Source: Clostridia bacterium (GTDB taxonomy: Bacteria > Bacillota > Clostridia > Christensenellales > CAG-138). Taken from it: 64,000 nt of DNA. Under the pieces are notes generated by a model. The model was not told the origin of the DNA, did not search any database, and saw only the letters and a program-made list of their open reading frames with translations. This document shows, one piece after another, positions 48,352 through 55,147 of the stretch. Each line of letters starts with the position of its first letter. Position 1 is the first letter of the stretch. The position numbers and the translations under genes were made by a program. The DNA lies in the NCBI GenBank assembly GCA_017388175.1, contig JAFOTD010000023.1, positions 10,002 through 74,001 of the forward strand, in the 5' to 3' direction.

Positions 48352-48681
48352 ATGGAAGAGATCTTTCAGGCTGTGAACGCAAGGATCTTTGAAAAAGAGC
48401 ATGTAGATCTGAAACACTTGTTATATCGACGGAACGAAACCGGAAGCGAATGCGAACAAGTACAGCCGGGTGTGGAGGAAAGGCACGGAGAAAAGCCGGT
48501 ACAGGCTGTTCGGAAAGATCACCGCATTATTGGATCAGATCAACGAAACGCTCGCTCCGACCGGCATGCGGGCGGACACCGCAAGAGCAGGGAGCAGCGC
48601 CATTGCGAGCAGTTGACGGCATATACGGAGAAGCTGAGAGAATACACGGAAAAGCTGCGCATCTGCGGACCGGATCCGTAA
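48352..48681 (+). CDS. Hypothetical highly charged small protein (109 aa); may be non-coding or a decayed gene
   Basis: Uninterrupted ORF MEEIFQAVNARIFEKEHVDLKHLLYRR...LTAYTEKLREYTEKLRI directly after R1a. Arg/Glu/His-rich, lower GC than neighbours, with a weak SD (AGGGAAG). Confidence 0.25.
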   Translation: MEEIFQAVNARIFEKEHVDLKHLLYRRNETGSECEQVQPGVEERHGEKPVQAVRKDHRIIGSDQRNARSDRHAGGHRKSREQRHCEQLTAYTEKLREYTEKLRICGPDP

Positions 48682-48688
48682 ATGAAAA

Positions 48689-48728
48689 GGAGCCGTTAAG
48701 ATCCTCTTTCGAGTTTCTTAACGGCTCC
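48689..48728 (-). terminator. Module R2, copy a: 13-bp perfect hairpin, terminator of the cohesin-like gene
   Basis: GGAGCCGTTAAGA-14 nt-TCTTAACGGCTCC. On the minus-strand RNA it is followed by UUUUCAUUU, 18 nt after the stop at 48746. A decayed copy lies at 54889-54928. Confidence 0.7.
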
Positions 48729-48745
48729 CTGTCGTTGATTCCGGT

Positions 48746-50152
48746 TTATTTGACTTTGCAGGAAAGGACGTTCGACCATTCGCCGTAGTAGTTCATTCCC
48801 TCATAGAACTGATAGGAACGGATGCGGACGTAGTAGGTCGTTCCGGAGGTCAGGTTCTTGATGACGTCCGAGCTGACGACAGGCGTGACAACGTTGCCGT
48901 TTGCATCCAGCTTGTACTCGATCTTATAGTTCTGCGCGTTCTTCTTGAAATTCGCGTCGGTTGCGTACTGAACCTGAATGCCGGTGAAGTTCTTGGTCGC
49001 TTCCCACTTGATCGTCATCTGCTTGCTGCCCGCGGTGGCGCTGGTCAGCTTACGGGTGGTGATGCGGACGGTGGTCTTGAGCGGTCCGACGAGGCCGAGG
49101 TTGAAGTTGCCGGAATCCTCGTTCACGTTGCCGCCGATTTCGGTGCCCGCGACCGGATCCGTGCGGCGCGCAAAGTACGCCTTGACGCCGTACTGATAAC
49201 GCGTTCCCGCATAGGTCTGATGCGCGCTGTCATGACCGTCCAGATAGCTCAGCTCGGTCGTGTTGTCCCAGCGTGCGAACGCCGTCCAGCCGTTGGTCGT
49301 GCTGCTCCATGCGCGGCGGTAGATAACGTAACCCGCTGCATCCTCGACCGGATCCCAGGTGACCAGGATGCCGCCTGCCACGTTCTCAACGGTGGTGTTG
49401 GTCGTCGCCGGCAGATAAATCTTGAAGAAGAGCTGCGCTTCGCCGGTATAACCGTTCTTGAAGGTTACGAACAGATAGCCGGTGCCGGGCATCGTGTTCT
49501 CTTTGTACTCGTAATCATAATACTTCGGGTCGATGACGGTCTCGCCGTCCTCTTCATATACCGTGAACGCCGGCTCATGAATGCCCGCGTCGTGATCCCA
49601 GACCACGAACGGCGTTGCGCCCTTGTATTCAACTTCGCCTTCGTTGAACTTCACAATCCCCGTGAACGGAATGGAATCGCCGACCACGTACGGCTGGAAG
49701 TCCGCAACGATATCGCATGCAACGGGCTTCGCGGGATCAACCGTCTCAGCGAACGCGCCGTCCGCAAGCGCAAAAGCGATCTCCGTGCCTGCTTCAAGAC
49801 CTTCCGCGATCTTGAAACGCAGCGTCATCATCGGCTCTTCCGCGTTCGGCGTCATGCCTTCCGCGCTCGAAACCACGCACTTCACAACGCCTGCGGTATT
49901 GCTGTTGATCATGGTCATATCCGCAGCGCCGGTCGTGTAATCCACAAACGTGATCTGATCGGCGTTATAGGTCAGATCGAACGTAGCGCCGAAATACTTC
50001 TCGCTGCCGGTCAGCATAACCGGAACTTCAAGAACATCGTACGCTTCGCCGCCCTCGATGACCAGCGTGAAATCGGCGCCGTCCGCCAGCGTTGCCGGGG
50101 CAAATGCGAGCAGCATCACGAGAGAGAGGAGCATTGCCAACAGTTTCTTCAT
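48746..50152 (-). CDS. Secreted cohesin-like domain protein with C-terminal Ig/FN3 module paralogous to the giant protein C-terminus
   Basis: SD AGGAGG precedes ATG 50150-50152. Signal peptide MKKLLAMLLSLVMLLAFAPATLA. Residues ~24-160, FTLVIEGGEAYDVLEVPVMLTG...FGATFDLTYNADQITFVDYTTG...MMTLRFKIAEGLEAGTEIAFAL, follow the cohesin beta-sandwich pattern. The last ~305 aa align with the end of the 2,880-aa protein. Confidence 0.7.
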   Translation of the reverse strand: MKKLLAMLLSLVMLLAFAPATLADGADFTLVIEGGEAYDVLEVPVMLTGSEKYFGATFDLTYNADQITFVDYTTGAADMTMINSNTAGVVKCVVSSAEGMTPNAEEPMMTLRFKIAEGLEAGTEIAFALADGAFAETVDPAKPVACDIVADFQPYVVGDSIPFTGIVKFNEGEVEYKGATPFVVWDHDAGIHEPAFTVYEEDGETVIDPKYYDYEYKENTMPGTGYLFVTFKNGYTGEAQLFFKIYLPATTNTTVENVAGGILVTWDPVEDAAGYVIYRRAWSSTTNGWTAFARWDNTTELSYLDGHDSAHQTYAGTRYQYGVKAYFARRTDPVAGTEIGGNVNEDSGNFNLGLVGPLKTTVRITTRKLTSATAGSKQMTIKWEATKNFTGIQVQYATDANFKKNAQNYKIEYKLDANGNVVTPVVSSDVIKNLTSGTTYYVRIRSYQFYEGMNYYGEWSNVLSCKVK

Positions 50153-50289
50153 AGGTTCTTTCCTCCTGCTTAAATGTGCGGGCCGCGCGGCGTGCTTTAC
50201 CCGGATTCCGGACGCTGCTCCAACCGCTGCAAACCTGGATCTGACGATAACCGCATTCTTGTTCACAGTATCGTCATATTTTCTGATAT

Positions 50290-50318
50290 ATCATATCATA
50301 CTCTTTTTGCTTTTGCAA
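50290..50318 (-). promoter_or_regulatory. Candidate sigma-A promoter of the cohesin-like gene
   Basis: Minus strand reads TTGCAA-17 nt-TATGAT, about 135 nt upstream of the ATG. Confidence 0.4.
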
Positions 50319-50400
50319 GTCTTCACGCAAAAAAATATATAGATGAATATATGGCCATTTTTTACCGGCATTCCGGCATTTTTCCGCCGGAAAGCAGCAA

Positions 50401-50424
50401 AAGCGCATTCCGAAGAATGCGCTT
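50401..50424 (-). terminator. Rho-independent terminator
   Basis: Minus-strand RNA: AAGCGCATTC-uucg-GAATGCGCTT followed by UUUGC; lies just after the 30-aa ORF. Confidence 0.55.
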
Positions 50425-50435
50425 TTCTCAACAAT

Positions 50436-50528
50436 TCAGGCTGCGATGCCGATGATCGCGGCGACCACGCCGAACAGCATCAGCCCCGCAAGCACCCAGC
50501 AAACGATGCGAACGGTTCTCTGTTTCAT
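50436..50528 (-). CDS. 30-aa hydrophobic peptide, translationally coupled to the upstream chaperone-like gene
   Basis: MKQRTVRIVCWVLAGLMLFGVVAAIIGIAA. Its ATG overlaps the stop of the upstream gene (ATGA at 50525-50528) and a terminator follows. Too short for the ORF track. Confidence 0.45.
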   Translation of the reverse strand: MKQRTVRIVCWVLAGLMLFGVVAAIIGIAA

Positions 50529-51757
50529 CCGAGCGCTCCTTTATACGCATAGAGTGCGTCTTCGTACTTGACGTCCGCAAACCACTGCGCCGCGCGATAC
50601 TGTTCTTCGAAATACGCGCGGATGTTCGGGAACAGATCCATCTTGATCACGCCGTATTCACCGTCGATGCACATGGTGCCTTTTGCGCGGCGGAACAGAT
50701 ATGCGGTCACCGTCTGCGTGCCGTCCTCCGCGGTCGTCGCGTTCTCGACGAAATAGCCGATCTCGCCGACCTGAAGCGCCTCCGCGGTCTTATACGCTTC
50801 CTGCGACGCAAACAGCTCGTTGTGATCGTACTCCGCGATCGGATAAGGCCCTTCGAGCTTTTCGCGGTATTCGCTCTTGTTATCGTCGGAATTCATCAGC
50901 TCGTCAAAGGACTTCTTGCCCTCGGCAACCTGCTGAGCGATCTCCGTGACCTCTTCGGTCGTTGCGCCCTGGATTTTGATATAGTCGATGTAGATGAAGT
51001 TTTCCGGCACGTACAGCATCGGCAACATGCCCGCGCTCGGATACGAGAAGTAGGTCTTCAGCGCGGTCCAGAACTGTCCGTCCCGATACGCAACCGTTTC
51101 ATTTCCGTTCTCGTCCGTGGTCTTCATCGTCTTTTCGACTTCGCTGCGGTAAAAGTTCTGAAGCGTTTCCTCGTCGATGCCGCTGCCGTTTTCCGTATAG
51201 TACGCTTCCAGCTTTTCGCTGTAATACGACGCCGCATAGCTGTTCTTCAGGAACGTATAATACTCGCTCTCGTTCATGCCGAGACGATCGTAAACGTCCG
51301 CCATCTGCTTTTCCAGCGCGGTTTTGGAATAGCTGCCGTTCTGAATGAGCGCGTCCGTCTGGGCCTTTCTGATTCCGTCGATCTGCGCCTGTGCGGCCGC
51401 CTTGCAGGTTTCTTCCTCTTCCTGCGTCAGGGACAGTCCGAGCGCTTTTGCTTCTGTAGTATTGATCTTGTCCTGCAGAAGATTCTTCGCGATGTCTTCC
51501 GGCGTCCAGTTCAGGTTCTGAATATAATACGCGCCGTAAGAATCGTACGCCACGCGATACTCCGCCATGGTGACCTTCTCGCCGTGTGCGCTCGCAACGG
51601 TTGCCCTGCGCTGGAAGCAGGTCATGCCCGCGCTGTCCTTCTGCAGCGCGATCGTCAGAAAGACGACCAGCGCGATCACGACCGCGATCGCCGCGCAGAT
51701 CAGAATGTTCCGGATTGTTTTCTTTTTGCTGTTTTGGCTTCTCTTCGTTTTGCTCAT
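50525..51757 (-). CDS. Membrane-anchored SurA-N/PpiC-like chaperone (putative peptidyl-prolyl isomerase family)
   Basis: 410 aa; N-terminal TM ILICAAIAVVIALVVFLTIAL, a helical SurA_N-like region, then a parvulin-like segment (...AEGKKSFDELMNSDDN...). Assigned on overall layout only. Confidence 0.5.
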   Translation of the reverse strand: MSKTKRSQNSKKKTIRNILICAAIAVVIALVVFLTIALQKDSAGMTCFQRRATVASAHGEKVTMAEYRVAYDSYGAYYIQNLNWTPEDIAKNLLQDKINTTEAKALGLSLTQEEEETCKAAAQAQIDGIRKAQTDALIQNGSYSKTALEKQMADVYDRLGMNESEYYTFLKNSYAASYYSEKLEAYYTENGSGIDEETLQNFYRSEVEKTMKTTDENGNETVAYRDGQFWTALKTYFSYPSAGMLPMLYVPENFIYIDYIKIQGATTEEVTEIAQQVAEGKKSFDELMNSDDNKSEYREKLEGPYPIAEYDHNELFASQEAYKTAEALQVGEIGYFVENATTAEDGTQTVTAYLFRRAKGTMCIDGEYGVIKMDLFPNIRAYFEEQYRAAQWFADVKYEDALYAYKGALG

Positions 51758-51818
51758 TTGGTTCTCCTCATGTTTCCGTATGGAATCTTATGAATTTTAC
51801 ACTTTTCCCACCCGATTG

Positions 51819-52679
51819 TCAACAGTCTGTATGATCCAAAAGACGCAGATAAGCCGCCATGCCGCCGGTCTTACCCTTGTCGCGGCGATGCGAATACAGG
51901 CGGGTATCCTCGAACGTACATACGCCCGAGAGATGGATATGCTCCGGACGCACGCCGCACTCGAGAAACTGCGCCGCCGCGACCTGCCAGAGATCGACCG
52001 TCGCCCTGCCGCGCCGGTTTACGCCGAGAAGCGTACAAACCGGGAACGCGATCTCGAACAGTTCCGCCACGTCGTCGCCGACCTCGAAGCATTTCGGGCA
52101 GATCGAGGGGCCAACGCCGCACTCGATGTCCTTCGGGTCCGATCCGCAGGCGGTCTGCATCGTATGAATGACTTCCGAACCGATGCGGTCCAGCGCGCCG
52201 CGCCAGCCCGCGTGACAAAGCCCGATGCACTTCCTGACCGGATCGTAAAAATAAAACGCCATACAGTCCGCGTGTCCGGTGATCAGCGTGACTTCGGGAT
52301 CGTCCGTCACGAGCCCGTCGCACGGAGGCAGGGCCGGTCTGTCGTATCCTCTTCTGTTGTCGTTCCGGTCCACGCAGAGCACCGTGGTGCCGTGCTCATA
52401 GGCGTCCATGACCATACTGTCGACCGGAATATTTGCCGCGGCGCAGAAAATGCGGTAGTTTTCCATCACGTTTTCCCGCTGCTCGGGACGTGTAAAGCTC
52501 AGGTTCAGCGAGGAGAAACAGCCCGTGGAGACGCCGCCGGTGCGCGCCGAAAAGCCGTGGTCGATCCCGGGGAACGCCGAAAACGCCGGGATCGTGTAGA
52601 TACCGACGCCGTTCACTTCCCGATACGCGTGCTCCGGCACGATCGAACGGTAAATGCCGATGAATTCTTCGCGCGTCAT
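51819..52679 (-). CDS. pgeF: Peptidoglycan editing factor PgeF / YfiH (DUF152) family
   Basis: ...DHGFSARTGGVS...DGLVTDDPEVTLITGHADCMAFYFYDP...GLCHAGWRG... conserved His/Cys motifs of the YfiH family. Confidence 0.8.
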   Translation of the reverse strand: MTREEFIGIYRSIVPEHAYREVNGVGIYTIPAFSAFPGIDHGFSARTGGVSTGCFSSLNLSFTRPEQRENVMENYRIFCAAANIPVDSMVMDAYEHGTTVLCVDRNDNRRGYDRPALPPCDGLVTDDPEVTLITGHADCMAFYFYDPVRKCIGLCHAGWRGALDRIGSEVIHTMQTACGSDPKDIECGVGPSICPKCFEVGDDVAELFEIAFPVCTLLGVNRRGRATVDLWQVAAAQFLECGVRPEHIHLSGVCTFEDTRLYSHRRDKGKTGGMAAYLRLLDHTDC

Positions 52680-53131
52680 TTTTCGCTCAGAAGACGCTGC
52701 AGCTCCTGGAGGAACGTCTGCGAATCCTTAAACTCGCGATAGACGGACGCAAAGCGCACGTAGGCAACCTCATCTACGTCGCGGAGCTTTTTCATGACCA
52801 GCTCGCCGATCGCCTCGGTCGTGACCTCGGAATCGAGCGAGTTGTTGATCTCGCGGCAGATCTCGTCGACCAGACGGTTCTGCACGTCTGCGGGAATCGG
52901 CCGCTTCTCGCATGCCTTGCGGATGCCGACCGCCACCTTGTCGCGCTCAAACGGCTCGCGCCGCCCGTCGCGCTTGACGACCATGACCGGATTCTCCTCG
53001 ATCCGCTCCCACGTCGTGAATCTGCGCCCGCAGCCGATGCACTCCCTGCGGCGGCGAATCGCGCTGTAATCCTCGTTCGGGCGGGAATCAATGACCTTGC
53101 TGTCCGTTCCGCCGCAATACCGGCATTTCAT
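52676..53131 (-). CDS. nrdR: Transcriptional repressor NrdR
   Basis: MKCRYCGGTDSKVIDSRP...RRRRECIGCGRRFTTWE zinc ribbon plus ATP-cone. SD GGAGG precedes ATG 53129-53131. Confidence 0.9.
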   Translation of the reverse strand: MKCRYCGGTDSKVIDSRPNEDYSAIRRRRECIGCGRRFTTWERIEENPVMVVKRDGRREPFERDKVAVGIRKACEKRPIPADVQNRLVDEICREINNSLDSEVTTEAIGELVMKKLRDVDEVAYVRFASVYREFKDSQTFLQELQRLLSEK

Positions 53132-53258
53132 AGGCTTGTCCTCCTTGCCTCGGGTATTCGCAGATACGATACCCATGATACGGCAGTATATCACACCGCT
53201 GCCGGCATTTCAAACAGACCCGCCGTCTTCGGGCGCGAATTTACGGATTGTTCACGCT

Positions 53259-53501
53259 TCACGGCAGCTCCACCAGAATCACGTCTTCGCCGAGCTTTTT
53301 GATTTTGGAAAACGGGATTCCCATTGCGTCCCGTCCTTTCAGCAGCCCGAACATGCGCGACGTGCCCGGCACGACGATGCAGAGCACCTCGCCAGAGCAC
53401 GGATCGAATTCCAGATCGCTGACGGTTCCGTAGCGCTCCCCCGTACAAATATTGATAACCTCCCTGCATTTCAGCTCCGAAAAAAGCATGCGCGGCGTCA
53501 T
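53259..53501 (-). CDS. YlmC/YmxH-family sporulation protein (PRC barrel)
   Basis: MTPRMLFSELKCREVINICTGERYGTVSDLEFD...GIPFSKIKKLGEDVILVE. Strong SD GGAGGGGAG precedes ATG 53499-53501. Confidence 0.8.
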   Translation of the reverse strand: MTPRMLFSELKCREVINICTGERYGTVSDLEFDPCSGEVLCIVVPGTSRMFGLLKGRDAMGIPFSKIKKLGEDVILVELP

Positions 53502-53651
53502 TCTTCTCTCCCCTCCGTTTTGAAGCCACCTTGATTCCTCCATCGCGACCTCCGTTTCTTACTGACAGGATATGCGCGCATTCCGTAAAAAGACGCACAT
53601 TTTTTGAACAGAAAAAATACGATAGCAGTAAAGAACCAAGGAGGAAAGACG

Positions 53652-53924
53652 ATGCAACAATCCTATGCAACCGGCGGAAGCTGCTGTTTCACGAATCGCA
53701 CGCCCGCCGTCGATCCCACCACGGTCGACAACGTCGTTCCGGCAGGAGCCGTTTCTTCGGCAAACCCGTGCGGAATGCCGGGCAGCGGAAGCTGCTCGCT
53801 CGCGACCGTTTATTTCCCGAACCAGGTGTACCGCGCGGGCTTTTGCCCCTGCGAAGCGTTGTCGCGCGGCACACTTTTTCCGGAGCTCGTCTCCGATTAT
53901 CCGACCTGCAGAATGGGGGAATAA
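53652..53924 (+). CDS. cotJA: Spore coat-associated protein CotJA
   Basis: LATVYFPNQVYRAGFCPCEALSRGTLFPEL signature; SD AAGGAGG precedes ATG 53652. Confidence 0.8.
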   Translation: MQQSYATGGSCCFTNRTPAVDPTTVDNVVPAGAVSSANPCGMPGSGSCSLATVYFPNQVYRAGFCPCEALSRGTLFPELVSDYPTCRMGE

Positions 53925-53928
53925 TAAG

Positions 53929-54180
53929 ATGGCAGATTATTCGGAACAGGCTCTTCTCGCCAAAATCGGCGAAGTGCGCTTTGCGCTTGTCGAGCTTCAG
54001 CTTTATCTCGACACACACCCCGAAGACCTCGAGGCGCAGAACGATTTCAACAGCTACGCGAATGCTCTGGAGCAGTTGTGCGCGGAATATACCGAAACCT
54101 ACGGTCCGCTCGAAAACTACGGCAACTCGCCGCACGTTGCGGGAAGCTGGGTCTACCAGAAATGGCCGTGGCAGAATTAA
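53929..54180 (+). CDS. cotJB: Spore coat protein CotJB
   Basis: MADYSEQALLAKIGEVRFALVELQLYLDTHPEDLEAQNDFNSY... typical CotJB helical protein. Confidence 0.85.
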   Translation: MADYSEQALLAKIGEVRFALVELQLYLDTHPEDLEAQNDFNSYANALEQLCAEYTETYGPLENYGNSPHVAGSWVYQKWPWQN

Positions 54181-54192
54181 GGAGGCAGCAAA

Positions 54193-54651
54193 ATGTGGAT
54201 TTACGAAAAAAGACTTGAATATCCCGTCCGCATCACCAAGCCCGATCCGCGGATGGCAAAGCTTTTGATGGCGCAGTACGGCGGCCCGGATTCCGAGCTT
54301 GGCGCAGGGCTTCGCTATCTCACCCAGCGCTATTCCATGCCCGACGACCGCGTCCGCGCAACGCTCACCGATATCGGCACCGAGGAAATCGCGCACTGGG
54401 AGATGATCGCAACGATGATCACGCAGTGCATGCAGGGTGCAAGCCTTGAGGAACTGACCGCCGCGGGGCTTGACGGCTATTACGTCATGCATTCGTACGG
54501 CGTCTTCCCCGCCGATCCGAACGGCGTGCCCTTTACGTCCTCGTACATCGCCTGCACCGGCGACCCGATCGCGGATCTGAGCGAGGACATGGCAGCCGAT
54601 GCTGCAACCAGCGATTCGCTACCGACGCTCAAAAAGTCTCTAAATCACTGA
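54193..54651 (+). pseudogene. cotJC: CotJC (manganese catalase family), 3'-truncated with its C-terminus replaced
   Basis: Colinear with CotJC through ...TDIGTEEIAHWEMIATM...GDPIADLSEDMAA. At about nt 54600 it departs into DAATSDSLPTLKKSLNH-stop, where CotJC proteins continue E(E/Q)KARATY...REREIVH for ~50 more residues. GC content drops sharply at the same point. Confidence 0.6.
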
Positions 54652-54888
54652 CTATTTCAGGCATACAAGAAATTGACAATCAGGGTATGCTGCTACCTCA
54701 TAAGAACAACTTTTTCAAAAATGAAGATAGGACAAGCTCGCAAATACTATTGTTCCAGTTTACAACCTATACCCGAACAGCAAAAAAGATCGAACGTAGA
54801 ACCAGAGGATGAACTATTTTGAACCACTATTTCAGCGATTAAGTATTCGTATCGTTTTTAAACATTATATCACATGTCTAACAAATGG

Positions 54889-54934
54889 GGTGCCGTTCAG
54901 ATCCTCTTTTGAGTTTCTTAACGGCTCCTTTTTT
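54889..54934 (+). terminator. Module R2, copy b (decayed hairpin plus T6)
   Basis: GGTGCCGTTCAGA-14 nt-TCTTAACGGCTCC-TTTTTT. Same sequence family as 48689-48728, with 2 stem mismatches and 1 loop change. Confidence 0.5.
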
Positions 54935-55041
54935 GATATCGACCGATCCGTCTGATTTTGCGGGTCTTCGGTGTAAAAAGGCACCAGGGCGGACGTATCC
55001 GTCGGTTTTTTCATGTTTTTCTTTCCGATTTGTAAAAAATC

Positions 55042-55070
55042 TATGTACACAAAAAGTCATATGTGATAAT
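55042..55070 (+). promoter_or_regulatory. Weak candidate promoter for the giant gene (extended -10 TGtGATAAT)
   Basis: TGTGATAAT at 55062-55070 with a poor -35 (TGTACA, 15-nt spacer), about 78 nt upstream of ATG 55148. Confidence 0.25.
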
Positions 55071-55147
55071 ATATAATTGTTTCAGAATCGGTCCGAATAC
55101 GAGTGACGGACCGGAACTCTATTCTATCTATTATAGGAGGAAACGAT

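Noticed and set aside
48749-49666. Diversity-generating retroelement (TR/VR) explanation for the paralogous C-terminal modules
   Set aside because: Divergence is spread over the whole ~900 nt at about 60% amino-acid identity rather than adenine-specific changes in a short variable region, and no reverse transcriptase gene is present.
53689-54492. 267-aa minus-strand ORF overlapping cotJA-cotJB-cotJC
   Set aside because: It lies antisense to three genes with clear CotJ signatures, and its own translation has no recognisable features.
54651-54835. 10-bp direct repeat ACTATTTCAG at 54651 and 54826, considered as a possible target-site duplication or att core next to the cotJC truncation
   Set aside because: A single 10-mer match within ~500 bp of AT-rich DNA has roughly a 1-in-10 chance of arising randomly by my estimate. 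No inverted repeats or recombinase gene accompany it.
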